Of a DNA stretch of 64,000 bases, positions 1 through 13,847 are shown in pieces. The first letter of the stretch is position 1. Each line of letters opens with the position of its first letter. The translations under genes were made by a program, and so were the position numbers. The stretch is from Octopus vulgaris (Eukaryota): NCBI GenBank assembly GCA_951406725.2, contig OX597815.1, positions 114,452,001-114,516,000 of the forward strand, written 5' to 3'. The notes under the pieces are model-generated. The model was given only the letters and a program-made list of their open reading frames with translations. It did no database searches and was not told where the DNA came from.

Positions 1-1001
1 GGATTCTGATAAACTGATAATGAGATGTTAGTAAGAAATGCATTCTGTCATCGTAAATATATAAATATAAGTCAGTAGGACAAAATGTGCTGTTAACATC
101 AGTTTCTTCAAAACATTCGTATCTTCATTTAGTTTTCTTAAAAATAAACAGCATTCCAGTTTTCTAATGTCCCAATGATTCTAAGATACCTGATTTTTAT
201 TTCGTACTATCACATTAGCAATAACTGAATCTGCAATTTAAGTTAGCTTTGATGTTTCCTATCCATTATGGAAATATTGTCAATTTTTCTTTTTTGTTAT
301 CAGATAATTATATTAAAATACGAAACCTTTGTTTCTATCAATTTTGAATATAATGAAAAATTTAATAAAATAGCTTAGCCATAATTAAACTGGTGTTTGG
401 AACATCATTTAACATTAAATTGTGATGTCAGGTTTTAATCTAGATAACTTCAAAGCAGGGAATTTGTATTAGTGAGCCAGGGGCGATTTCAGGCGGCTTA
501 GTATCAAAAGCAGATGTCATCATGATCGAGCCAACACTGCCAGTCTCCATTATGACCACTACAAGAAATCATACTGGAAACAGATGAATAAAAGGACGAC
601 CTGTCATCGTATATGATGTAAGTTCATATTCCATCAAAGCAGCTTCCATGTATTTCTTAGGTCTAAACAGTTGCTGACACCGCTTTGTAAATACAAGTAA
701 CAACTTCATCTATCGGATTCCAGACATTCGGTCGGCAAATCTTAATTCACCAAAAAAAAAACAAATCTGCGCGCAATATATCCACGTCAAACTGTATCTT
801 CCAACAAACTCTTCCGTTGTTTATACGATGGGTGGTCTTTGCCGGTTCATACTTATGAGAATTTTCTGAATGTATACTCATCCGCTTTACCCCACTTTTG
901 CGGGGTGGGGGATGGGCACCTGTTTTTACCCTTGCCAGTCATCCTTACCTGTTTATCTATCTATTTATTTATCTATCAATCTATCTATCTATCTATCTAT
1001 C

Positions 1002-1055
<54 letters not shown>

Positions 1056-1099
1056 CATTTATGCATAAATCAGCAGCAGCAACAATTCTTTCTCTCACT

Positions 1100-1139
<40 letters not shown>

Positions 1140-2019
1140 CGCGTGTAAAGAAACTATATCATCTACGATAATGGATGTGCCACATTATTAAGTCATATAG
1201 GATTTGTATGACATTGTTCTATCACGTTTCTCAAAGGCAATATCTCATCCGCTATTAAGATACAAGCAATATTAAGAAGGTTCATTTAGGATTCCCAGTT
1301 ACAGCTTCTTTCTCGAAGCTTAGAACAGTATTTCTCTCAAAGGACGGGGTTATAAGGATTGGAAACGGGGCGGACAACTTGTCATGTTTAATATGATTGA
1401 GATGATTTACAACTTTATAAACTTGTCAAGAGCTATGGTGAAGAAATGATTATATGGATGCAAATTCTATTTTGTTATCTCGTTAATAAAAAGAGAAGAG
1501 TGCTTAATAAAAATTTCACTAACACTTTGTGCGGTGGTTGGTAGTTGTCAGCCTGAGAAATGATGGCATCAGAGAGACCTTCATCACTCAATTAAAGTTA
1601 GCCCAGTACTTGGGTGGTACCTTATTTTATCAACCACAGAAGGATGAAAGAGAAAGTTGGTTTTTGAGAGGATTTGAACTCAGAACGTAAAGAGCAGAAA
1701 CAAGTTTTCGTACGACTTTCAAATGATTCTCCAATCCACCGGCTGTCTGCGAATTGTGGTCGTTGAGACATATAAAAACCAGTAATATAATAAATCCTGT
1801 TCATTATACAAGCTTTCACTATAAAATTTAACTTTGTGTCTCGGCCAATCAATGATTATATGATTATTCATCATTACCACTCTCTTTGGATCCACTTTGC
1901 CATATTTCTGACAGCAACGTCAATTCTCTATCGGCTTTTCTTTAAAACCAGTAAAGTCTTGTGATATTAAAAGCTGAAGGGCTTTTTTTTTTCTCACTTT
2001 TTGAAAATAATCCTTTCTT

Positions 2020-2190
2020 ATTTTGACACAAGGCCAGAAATTTTGAGAGGAGAACAAATCGATTATATCGACCTCAGTACTCAACTGGTATTTATTTTAT
2101 TGACCTCGAAAGAATGAAAGTCAACCTCGGCAGAATTTGAATTCAGAAGCATTTTGTCCGGTAAGCTAACGATTCTGCCAGTTCACCGTC
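2020..2190 (-). mobile_element. SINE family B, degraded copy
   Basis: Shares the tcgacc-c-agtac...ctggta...gaaag-atgaaag-caacctcggc-gaatttgaa-tcagaa core with the copies at 3428-3660 and 5775-6178. Confidence 0.7.
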
Positions 2191-2214
2191 TTTAGTTTTA
2201 GAAATATTCAGAAT

Positions 2215-2377
2215 AGGCGTAGGAGTGGCTGTGTGGTAAGTAGCTTGCTTCTCAACCACATGGTTTCGGGTTCAGTCCCACTGCGTGGCACCTTGGGTAA
2301 GTGTCTTCTACTATAGCCTCGGGCCGACCAAAGCCTTGTCAGTGGATTTGGTAGACAGAAACTGGAAGAAGCCCGTC

Positions 2378-2448
<71 letters not shown>

Positions 2449-2665
2449 TGACTGTATGTTTGTGTGTCTGTTTGTCCCCTCCAACATCGCTTGACAACCA
2501 ATGCTAATGTGTTTACGTCCCCGTAACTTAGCGGATCGACAAAAGTGGCCAATAGAATAAGTACTAAGCTTTACAAAGAATAAGTCCTGGAGTCGATTTG
2601 CTCGTCCAAAAGCGGTGCTCCAGTATGGCCACAGTCAAATGACCGAAACATGTATAAAAGAGAAA
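2215..2665 (+). mobile_element. tRNA-derived SINE family A (octopus OK/OR-like) with internal (TA)n(TG)n
   Basis: A-box-like TGGCTGTGTGG and B-box-like GGTTCAGTCCC, then a ccttgggtaagtgtctt core and a 3' tail gcggtgctccagtatggcc; near-identical copy at 32066-32475. Confidence 0.85.
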
Positions 2666-2934
2666 AAAAGAGAGTACTGCAAGTGGTAGATATTGACTGG
2701 TGCAACCAACTATGCAAAGAAACTAAAACGTTACAGTTTTACCACCTATACCAAAATACTGCTGAAAAGGAATGGGCTAACACCCGGTTTTTTTAGTCAT
2801 TATCGCTGTTACCGTCATCGTCGTTATTGATGTTGTTTTTGTCGTGTAGGCCCAGGCCAACATTGATATGGCGGAACTATGATTAAAGGCTTTCAGCCAT
2901 AACCATCCCATTTTGTTTTCAGGAATAGTATATA

Positions 2935-3397
2935 TCTCTATATATAAACGGCAGTTTGTCTGTCTGTGTGTCTGTGTGTCTGTCAGGTTGTACCCTCACC
3001 CTGACCACGGCTTTCAACCGATTCTGATGAAACTTGACACACACATAGCCCAATGTTATAATTCAAAACTAACGCAGCGAAAATTTTGAAAAATTCCCCC
3101 AGTTCTGAAAAAATCGATAAATTCGACATGGGGTCGAGAATCTAAGCTTTTTATATGCAACACATTTTCTGGGCTGTACGTAGGCTGTTCACGCGTTGGG
3201 AGGCGCAATGATGTTTTCATGTTTTCGCCCAAAGGGACAGCTAGGAACATCGTATACACAGAAGTATTCGAGTGAAGAGAAGACATTGCAACCTACACAT
3301 GCGCCTTCGTTCCCTAGAGGGAAAGGACTAGATTGGGATTAGTCGTTGCCTACTAGGAGCTCTTACATACCCGGGCAACGCCGGGCTATGCTGCTAG
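2935..3397 (+). mobile_element. Non-autonomous Helitron
   Basis: 5' TC start after A, internal gtctgt microsatellite, 3' GC hairpin cccgggcaacgccggg followed by CTAG then T (A|T insertion site). Confidence 0.8.
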
Positions 3398-3427
3398 TCT
3401 GAGATATATATAGCCACGAGGCTATAT

Positions 3428-3767
<340 letters not shown>

Positions 3768-3853
3768 GTATATATATATATATTAAGGTATGTAGAAAAA
3801 TACAACATGGACAAGACCGTATATATATATATGTGTATATATATATATATGTG

Positions 3854-3960
<107 letters not shown>

Positions 3961-4463
3961 CCAGTACTTCCGTCCTTTGAAAAGATGGCGGGGAGGGGTG
4001 ATTTGATAACGATTTAGCAGCTATTTCCAGTTTCTCAGACGACTACTTAGAGCAGGCAAGCATGGGCAACATTTCTTTAGAAACGGGCCGCACAAGAGAG
4101 ATATGGATCATCATCAGGTGGGCTGATTTACTACAAAATTGCAAAATAAGTTTTGGTTGGGCATGTCATTCAGAAAGTCCCAAGGGCCATTATTTGTTCA
4201 GTGTCGTCTGCGATACATCATCGATTCCAACTATTTCACTTCACACTTCTTCGCTAACATACTTGATATAAAGCATGAACATCACAGCAACATTAACTAC
4301 TCTTTGGTAGTTACCGCGGATTACGCATAGCTAAGCAGAAAATGCAGATTTTACTGAATATGTTTCACTTTTATATGAACTAAATAAATAACTGGTTTAT
4401 CAGTTTTTAACGGCAACAGACGGGAAATAACGTAATCCCATGAAGTGTGTGTGTGTGTGTGAG

Positions 4464-4521
<58 letters not shown>

Positions 4522-5774
4522 GTACGAATTCGGTTTTGTGCGCGTGCATGACTTAATAGCGTGAAACGGGAATGGATTAAAAAATTATTTTAGTTATTTA
4601 GTTAACACATGCATACGCATATGTAATCCCACTGTATGTATGCATGTATGTTTATGTGTGTGTGTGTGTTGTGTGTGTGTGTGTGTGTGTATACACTCAA
4701 ACATGTATTCAAATGTGTCTGTATGGAGGGGGGATAGATAGATAGAAACATATATGCATAAATATACGCATATATCTGTTTACTGATACATCCATACTCA
4801 CACACACACACACACACACACATATGTATGTATGTATGGATGGAATCATATACGCATGTTTGTTTATTTGTGTATATGTATATAAGAATATTGTTGTCTA
4901 TATATACATTCACGCACACATCAATACAAACACCCACAAGTTTGTTCTAGTTTCATCACCTTTAGCCAAGGCTTTTTTCATGTCCATGAGTTTCAAGTAG
5001 TTTATCTGGAACATTAGAATTCTTAAATCGGCCATTAACATTTCTAAACTTTCACTATGTCATCTTCAGAATGGAAGTAAGTTGTAGTGTTTCGCTGCCT
5101 GTTTATTGTAGAAAGGACCAATATGTCTGATGCAAATATTATCTACGACCAGTGTATATCGTTTGTGTATTTGCATTATGCTGTGTTATGAGGAATGCTT
5201 TTATTAATCTTCTATGCCTTTTTTTAGTTCGAGGGGTATTATTTGTTCTGGATTGTATGTTTATTGTGACAGGTTGAGGAAGTAATCACACAGTTTTGAT
5301 AGAACGATTTTTCCTTTGTAGATTCCCTTAGTTTATTCATATTTATTCTTGGTTTATTTATATTGCTGTTTTTAATTTGCTGTGCTAGAGATGTCTGTAT
5401 CATTATCGAAAGGTGAGTATATTCTAGTCAATAAATGTTTCATACTTATTAATTTATCGATAAGTTTCTTTAAATATAGAATTTCCATTTTCTGGAATTC
5501 TTTGTTTTATTCTGCAGCATATATTTACATATACGAGAAATATAATTTTTATATATGTGTTATGTTGAAAATTTAGTAGGCATTGTGTGGCCAAATGGCT
5601 AAGAAGTTCGCTTCAAAACCAGGAGGTCCAGAGTTTGATCCTACTGCTTGGTATCTTATAATTTCCAGTCAATCCATACTTTGAGTGAAATTAGATATGA
5701 CAGAAACTGTATAGAAGCCCATCGGATGGATTGTACCTGCGACTCCATAAAAAAAGCACACGTGATAAATTCTT

Positions 5775-6178
5775 TTCTACTCTAGACACAAGGCCCGAAA
5801 TTTTAACGGAGGAGGGCAATCAATTAGGTCTACCCCAGTACCCAAAAGGTTGAAAGGCAAAGTCGACCGCAGAACGTAAATACTGACAAAATACCTACTT
5901 CTTTACAACCCACAAGGGGCTAAACACAGAGAGGACAAACAAGGACAGACAAACAGATTAAGTCGATTACATCGACCCCAGTGCGTAACTGTTACTTATT
6001 TAATCGACCCCGAAAGGATGAAAGGCAAAGTCGACCTGGGCGGAATTTAAAATCAGAATGTAAAGACAGACGAAATACATATTTCTTTACTACCCGGAAT
6101 TTGAACTCAGAACGTAACGGCAGGCGAAATACGCCTACGCATTTCGCCCGGCGTGCTAACGTTTCTGCCAGTTCGTCT
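5775..6178 (-). mobile_element. SINE family B, tandem partial copies
   Basis: Repeated gaaaggcaaagtcgacc...cagaacgtaa blocks matching 3428-3660. Confidence 0.75.
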
Positions 6179-6427
6179 TTTGTCTCACATACAATAGTCG
6201 TATAGGCAAAGTACCGACAAAACAGGTCGTTTTGCGCCGCATCCAATATCTAAATATCTCGACTGGACGAACTGATAAATTTTACAACCTTCATTAATGT
6301 TAGATAGAGACAGACAGACAGACAGAGTCTGTGTGTGTGTGGTGTGTGTGTGTGTGCGCACGCATATATGTGTGTCTGTCATGAGACGCATGTTTTGTGT
6401 GTGTATGTATGTATATATATATATATG

Positions 6428-6496
<69 letters not shown>

Positions 6497-6499
6497 TTA

Positions 6500-6717
6500 C
6501 AGTTAAGTTTACCGCCATTAATTCACCGAGAAGAAAGTTTACTGTAAGGAAATTTTACAGAGAAAATATAACCATACTGTCTCACCATTAATAGTTAAAA
6601 CTATTTTATAAAAAAAAAAAAGAAAACGAAAATAATGGAGATCAAAATGTGCAATCAGTGAACATTCCTTGCGGTGAACTTTCCCTGTCTTGAACTGATC
6701 ACGGTGAATTTACTAGA
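6500..6717. mobile_element. MITE-like element with inverted subterminal ttcaccg/cggtgaa motifs
   Basis: Left end tttaccg, ttcaccg, tttactg; right end cggtgaact, cggtgaatt (reverse complement). Confidence 0.4.
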
Positions 6718-6861
6718 TATGATATATATATATATATAACAATTTAGGAGTGACCTTAACAGGCCATTCGTCCACCAGAAAGAGCAGCCATAACTCACAC
6801 CGCCAAGTAGTAGTAATTCAGAAATTAGGTGAAAATTTAAAAACATTTACCCTAATTCATC

Positions 6862-6959
6862 TTTTAGACGATGCATCGTTTCTGTGTCATTAATGATTAA
6901 ATTAGCTTAATTAAATTAAATTAAGCCAATCTACCATAGGTTACACTTCATCAGTAAAA
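6862..6959 (-). ncRNA. Type I hammerhead ribozyme motif with long stem II insertion
   Basis: Minus strand: uuuua CUGAUGA agugu...acaca GAAA cgaugcaucg UC uaaaa; palindromic stem III, GUC cleavage triplet; first stem II pair is an A-A mismatch. Confidence 0.7.
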
Positions 6960-7335
6960 AACCTGGGAGAGACAAATATACACGAGGCGTCTGTATCGAT
7001 GCCTCCGGAATATCTGTCTTAAAATTTTCAAGACTGACGTATTCGCGCCAAACTTATCAGCAGTAAATATAAACTGCCGATTCAATCTCAGAATTATTCA
7101 GAAAATTATCAATTAGTCAATTTAGGGTAGCAAAAAAATTCAATAGAAATTTATCGCTACCAGCGGCCTAGTGGAAAAGAGAAAATAGTCAACGACTAAA
7201 TATATAAATATAACAATTTAGGAGTGACCTTAACAGGCCATTCGTCCACCAGAAAGAGCAGCCATAACTCACACCGCCAAGTAGTAGTAATTCAGAAATT
7301 AGGTGAAAATTTAAAAACATTTACCCTAATTCATC

Positions 7336-7433
7336 TTTTAGACGATGCATCGTTTCTGTGTCATTAATGATTAAATTAGCTTAATTAAATTAAATTAAGC
7401 CAATCTACCATAGGTTACACTTCATCAGTAAAA
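7336..7433 (-). ncRNA. Type I hammerhead ribozyme motif (second unit)
   Basis: Same sequence as 6862-6959, 474 bp further along. Confidence 0.7.
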
Positions 7434-7607
7434 AACCTGGGAGAGACAAATATACACGAGGCGTCTGTATCGATGCCTCCGGAATATCTGTCTTAAAATT
7501 TTCAAGACTGACGTATTCGCGCCAAACTTATCAGCAGTAAATATAAACTGCCGATTCAATCTCAGAATTATTCAGAAAATTATCAATTAGTCAATTTAGT
7601 CAATTTC

Positions 7608-7678
<71 letters not shown>

Positions 7679-7867
7679 GGGAGAATTCACAACAAAAAAA
7701 TAAAGACGAAGACAGGTGGTGTAGACAACAAACAGATGTGTTAGTTTAACGCTCGGGAAGTGAAAAGTCTTTAACGTTTCGAGCCTACGCTCTTCCACAG
7801 AAAGGAACACAGAAAGATGCAAGGAGAGAAAATAAAGGATGTGTAGTGGCTAGCGATCTATCATGGC

Positions 7868-7870
<3 letters not shown>
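7679..7870 (-). mobile_element. Short Penelope-like fragment in (TA)n carrying an atypical minimal hammerhead-like motif (7769-7804)
   Basis: Minus strand: cuuu CUGUGGAA gagc guag gcuc GAAA cg UU aaag; homologous to 61740-61925. Confidence 0.55.
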
Positions 7871-7945
<75 letters not shown>

Positions 7946-10137
7946 TTGTATACGAATGAGTAGACAAATGACAGAAAAGGGGACTTATCATATTTAATAG
8001 GAGTTACGTGTATTATTGAAAATAGTTTGATTTGGTTCCATACGACTTAATGTTGCTGGCCTATAAAGCCTGAAAGAGACGGGCTTCTGTTAGAGGCCTG
8101 TGAAGGTGGCATGGAACCGAATCAAACTGTTATAAATAGCAAACACACGCACGCACACACGCATACACGCGCGCACACGCGCGCGCGTACACACATACAC
8201 ACACACACACGTGCACATAAAGCGAAACAGAGAGACGCGTGTATATGTACACACAGACTCATATATATACCCACCCACACACATACACATTCGAATATCT
8301 TTCTATGCTTTTCAGAAAACAATCCCCTGTTTTATGTTCTGGAAAGGTATTAACAGATTAGTATCGTATAATCGAGTTAGTGCTATTATCACTTTTCAGG
8401 AAAATTTCATCATGGAACTTAACACTGAAATAGTCATTGTCTCTTGTTTGGGATATGTAGCATTCATTCTTTTCTTCAAAACATTTGCGGATATTGAAGC
8501 CATATCGCTGTCCCTCTTTGACAAAAGCTCAATTCTTGCTCCACAGCTTTTCTCACCAGGTTTTGAGCAAGGCACAAACCCCTACTTTATAGAGGAAAGA
8601 AACCGGATTGACAGATTTTCAGATATATCTCTAGAGTAATTAGCAAGAATTTAAGTATTTTAAGAGGCTTCCCGCGCAAATTGAAACCAGTTGATCGAGG
8701 ACTTTGCTCAACCGGGGAAAACAGTCATCTCGAATTATGCTCAAGCGGCTTAAAAAAGAGAGGACACATTGCATAATGTATATCTAGATACCCGTCAAAA
8801 ACGGGATGGTCATATCTGGAACGCCTTTGAATATAGATTTACTCAATTAGTGTTAGCCAGGGGTTAATTCAACAGCAACTATTTGGTTTATTTATTAGTA
8901 AGGGCAGTACTTATGGCACTATCAGTTTTCTTAGACAGAAGAACTGGAGAAAACTGAAGAAGGAAAATAGGGTTAATGCTTGGTTCAGGGTGATTCAAGT
9001 TTGTTGCTCGAAAATATTTAGCTGAAAGAGACTGGAGTCAACGAATTTAGAAAAAGCAAGGATCATTATAGTGCAAACGTCAGTATGGCTGACTTCTCCA
9101 ACATAGAGGCTTTTCAGTGATCACTTGACGCAATCCTATCTACCAAGAGTGTCAACTCTCCGGAACTTCCTCTCTCGACCAGTTCTTTTCCTGCAGACGT
9201 TGGCTTACTGATGTTCAAACTAAAAGATCAACTATATCAATCTCATGAATCTCTGAAGGCCTGTGACGGTTATTGGTATTATTAAGGTCATGAGTACTGC
9301 TTCTTTCTTCAGAACAATAAAAAAAAAGTGTCACACAAAAGTGCCAGTTTTGCAGTGGACCAAAAGATTATAAATGATGATGATGATGATGAGAGGAGAA
9401 AATTTCACTGAAAACGAATGACTCTCCTTTTGTGCCATCTTAACATATATGTATATAATGCGTGTTTGTGTGTATGCATGTTTGTCTATACGTATGTGTT
9501 TGTATATAGCTTTAACCTACAGCTTCAACCAAAAGACATCAATGCTCCAAATTCTGTTGTTTGCTTCACTGAAAAACAAAAAATTCTCATGTTTAATATT
9601 TCTCTAAAAACACACTTTGATCTTAAAGAGTGAAAACAAATTGCATCCGTTTAAAACCGATTTATTCATTCCATACGAAGTCAATTAAAGGACAGAAAGA
9701 ATAACTACAATTTCTTCGTCAATGCAATAATCAAAAGTAATTTGGAATATTAGATTTGACTGATAAAAATAGCTATAATTGAAGCTGTGAGATATTCTGA
9801 TCTGAGGCTTAAATGTTGTCATGTTGCGTTGTTTATAGCAAAAACAACTATGTTACAGGAATAGGCGTCTCCTGTATATGAGGCAACTGCATGTTATCAA
9901 AAGGAAATGATTTAGATACGGAATGCTTAAGGGAGGCTGGTCATAACGCTTGTATATTTTCATATGGAAATTATCTACTCACATGTATATACACATTTGT
10001 ATGTTGCAATTTGGTCAGTGACGTCGTTTGCATTGCGTAAAGATAAGTAGGTGAAGTTAGAGCAAACAGCTGAGCTGAAACACAGACAGAAGGACAGGTT
10101 TTAGTAAGAGATATAAATAGGTATGTACGTACGTATG

Positions 10138-10138
<1 letters not shown>

Positions 10139-10227
<89 letters not shown>
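10139..10227. repeat. (GATA)n microsatellite
   Basis: Direct read. Confidence 0.95.
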
Positions 10228-10228
<1 letters not shown>

Positions 10229-11103
10229 GTAGGTAGAGGCGGGAGGAGGAAACATATTGTAGGAAAGGGATTCAAAGACTGTTTGTAAATGTTTGTGAAT
10301 GGTTTTATTGAAGTGGCATTATATTTCAAAGCAGAAATTTGGTCATACATTCTCCATAACAACCTGGCATAGAAAAAGATACTTGTGTTCGTGAATAGAA
10401 GCGGCAATGTGTTTTCAAGAATAATTTTTGTAAGAATTTGTACTTTCTATCCTCTATTTCCACCACCACCATCAATAATATTTCTAATGTAAATAAAATA
10501 AAAATTGCTTTCTTTTGTTAAAGGTATATATTTTCTTAAAATAATTCAGTATATTTTGTGAAACCTGAAGTTAGGAATATGTATTGTTACCTATTGTATT
10601 TTCCTTTTCTTTTTCGTGTTTTTTTTTAAACACTCCAAATCTTCTTGTATTCTTGCAATTACTGAACGTTGGAATTAAACACACATGTATTTCTTCTTTT
10701 AATTTTTGGTACTGATAAGGTTGACAGGGAAGAAGCATTATTTAGTTCAATATCCTACCGAAAATGTTGAAAAACTAATATATAACTACGTTAGATTTTT
10801 GTACATGTCAGCTTTTGATACACGAACACGACCTTAAAAGAAGACAAGTTCAAGGAAATATAATGCATAATTTCCCCCGAAGACTACAAATAAATCGGAT
10901 TGGGTAAGAATTGATATTTAAAATTTAAAATATTCTATTCAAAGATTCTGAATGTCTAAGAAACTGCGCTTTAAGTCATTTCTGACTAGATACAAGATCC
11001 GATATAAAGAGGAAGATAATATTGTGTGGGATTCATACATATTTGAAGAGTGTTGGGTCATAGATAGATGGGCAATAAAGGCTGCTCTGTGTTTGTATAT
11101 GCA

Positions 11104-11166
<63 letters not shown>

Positions 11167-11257
11167 GTAGCCATACACACATACAATGTATACATATATT
11201 CACACCCTACACCTATCTATTTTTCTATCTGTTTAATACTTCATGATAGATGACACC

Positions 11258-11590
11258 CTACATATCCCACCAAACACAGAGCATAACCTTTTTCGGGTGT
11301 AGTGGTGGTTTGAGGATGGATTCTTTTATTTTCTTTCGGTAACCATCGCCGTTTTCGTTAGATATGATTATGGGGAAACCACTTTTCATCAGGAAAGGTT
11401 TGGTAACAAATCTACTCCTTAATAACGAGTAGAGATTAAACTGAGAAGCAGCCAGATGATGATAGAGGTACTGATCAAGTTTAGACACTTTTCATAGCTC
11501 ATGAAAGTGTTTTATGACGAAGTGTGACTTGAACTGAACTGTTTTAACTCTCGTGCAGTTTAGTTTGGATTTTCTGGTTTTCAAAGGCTC
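11258..11590 (-). pseudogene. Mariner transposase fragment
   Basis: Translates to ...KPPLHPKKVMLCVWWD, the mariner consensus motif; frameshifted and truncated. Confidence 0.75.
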
Positions 11591-11629
11591 AATATTAACA
11601 GAACTTAGTCAATCAGATTGAGGAGAATG

Positions 11630-12034
11630 CACAAAGTCAACTTTGCCTTTCATCCTTTCGTGGTCGATAAAATAAGTGCCAGTCGAGCATTGAGGCCAAT
11701 GTAATCAATTAGTCCTTCCCCCAAAACTTCAAGCCTTATGGTTATTGAAGGAAAGATTATTATTATATCTATTAATATTATTATTATTAAGAAGGCGATG
11801 AACTGACAGAATCATTTGCACCTTGATCAAAAGGCGCAGCGGCATTTCTACCGATTCATTACGTTCTCAGTTCAAATACCGCTGAGCTTAACTTTCCTCT
11901 CATCCCTCCGGGACCGTGAAACTTAAATACTAGACAAGTAATCGACTAGACGCCCTGCTCTTAAAATTTCAGGCCTTGTACCTATAGCAGAAAGAATTAC
12001 TATTATTAAGAAATAATATTTCGTCCAGTGCCTA

Positions 12035-12035
<1 letters not shown>
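11630..12035 (+). mobile_element. SINE family B, two degraded copies
   Basis: gtcaactttgcctttcatcctttcgtggtcgataaa and ggcgatgaactgacagaatc...gttctcagttcaaat. Confidence 0.65.
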
Positions 12036-12075
<40 letters not shown>

Positions 12076-12393
12076 GTCACGGAAAGGCTTCGAAACCATA
12101 TGTTCTCGAGAAAAACGGATTTGATTTTCGAAATTTGCGTCCCATCGGAGAGGTCTTCGGTATGTCGTAATAAAAAAATATAATTTTCTAAGAGAAATAA
12201 TTCCACTTTTGCATCACCAAATCTACCACTATCTATCTGTCTCCATCAGGCTCTCTCTTTTGTGCTTTTTCCTTTTCTCTGTATATTTATGACACTCTTT
12301 ATCAATTTCTCTTTCTCTCTCTCCCTCTTTCTCTCTCTCTTCTCTCTCTCTCTCTTCTCTCTCTCTCCCTCTCTCTCTCTCCCTATCTCTCTC

Positions 12394-12428
<35 letters not shown>

Positions 12429-12950
12429 GTATATGTATGACTCATTGCATGTTGCTCCTTCCTTTCTCTCTTGATATGACATGTAATGCAATATCAACAT
12501 AGTCTATCTCCGTGTAAGTTATTTACATGCTTGTTCGACTGTTTTACATAAATGTATTCCTTAAAACTTCTTACAACCTTCGTTGTAGTAATGTTTAGCT
12601 TTCAATTTGTTTAAAACTTCGTCGGCGTAATTGTTTTCCTTTTGTGATGGCTATCACGCAGAAAATGCTAGCTTCCAAATCCTGTTTTGTGATTCGGTAA
12701 AAATTATCAAACATTAAAACTCCGTTACATTTTTCTAAATGATTTTTTTTCTGAAATAAATGAATCACAAAATCAGAATCAGCGTGAAAAAGTACACCAA
12801 TATACCAAATTTGATAATTTTCACTTAATTTTAAAATTTTGAAATCTGTGGCACACACACACTCTCCTTCTCTCTCCTCTCTGTCTCTATCGCTCTCTCT
12901 TTCCCCACTCTCTCAGTCTCTCTCTCTCTCCTTATCTCTCTCTCTCTCTC

Positions 12951-13026
<76 letters not shown>

Positions 13027-13239
13027 TCACGCTGTGTATGTGTGTGTGTCTGTGTGTCTGTGTGTGTTAGGAAAGGATGTCACTTAATAATCTGCGTTAA
13101 TGGAGAGCTGTTTCGGTTACAAGAAACAGTGCACGCATATTTGAGTTCTAGTGCTATATCTTATAGTCACCAGTTACCCATTTGACGAACGGGTATGGCT
13201 AAGCGCGGAATCATTATATATATACATACATAAATATAA

Positions 13240-13465
13240 AAAAAAGTATGGTAAATAAACATACGACATAATTTATACCGAGTATAAAACCAGACGGAAG
13301 AGAAAACAGAAGGTCCCTAGTTCTTCATCAATTATCAACCAATTGCTAATACTCAGTTTCGCACCTGGTTGCTAACTGATGACGAATTAAGGACCTTCTG
13401 TCTTTGTCTCCCGTCCGGTTTTACGCACAGTAACGTTATATCGTTTATTTACCATACATTTTTCA
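13240..13465. repeat. Long imperfect inverted repeat (fold-back element)
   Basis: gtatggtaaataaac...aaaaccagacgg...acagaaggtcc...tcatca...caacca pairs with tggttg...tgatga...ggaccttctgt...ccgtccggtttt...gtttatttaccatac. Confidence 0.8.
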
Positions 13466-13742
13466 TTTACTAAGTAATGGAATGCAACACACACCGAATT
13501 TATATATGTATGTATATATAATCAATATAGGGTGGCAAAAAATTTCGTAGAATTTATTTGCCACCAGCGGCCTAGTGGGAAAAAAATTAAATAGTCATAG
13601 ACCATTTATAAGTTCAACATCACAATCAAGGAATGGCCATAATAGGCCATTCACCCACTAGAAATAACAGCCAAAGCTTCAACCGCAAAATAACATTAAT
13701 TCCGCAAACCAGGAGAAAATTAAAAAAACATTTACCCTGTAA

Positions 13743-13847
13743 TTTCTTATACGATGCACCGTTTCATCTATTGTTTAATGGTAAACTAACCTGATTAAAT
13801 TAAATCAAGCCAATCTTCCATAGGCCGATAGATTCGTCAGTAAGAAA
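13743..13847 (-). ncRNA. Type I hammerhead ribozyme
   Basis: Minus strand: uuucuua CUGACGA aucuau [long hairpin] auagau GAAA cggugcaucg UA uaagaaa; all core nucleotides canonical, GUA triplet. Confidence 0.85.

Larger units (their letters stand above)
6737..7599 (-). repeat. Tandem array, 474-bp unit x ~1.8, hammerhead-containing (non-LTR retrozyme / Penelope pLTR-like)
   Basis: Unit start taacaatttaggagtg at 6737 and 7211; copies look identical by eye; flanked by (TA)n. Confidence 0.9.

Noticed and set aside
2215-2290. SINE heads as tRNA genes
   Set aside because: Only A/B-box similarity; no cloverleaf; continuous with the SINE body
8211-8639. 142-aa ORF with a hydrophobic stretch
   Set aside because: Starts in a microsatellite at a non-ATG codon; no recognisable domain
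12078-12849. Chapaev/Transib-like element with CAC...GTG ends
   Set aside because: Terminal match is only a few bases, and no TSD or coding remnant is visible
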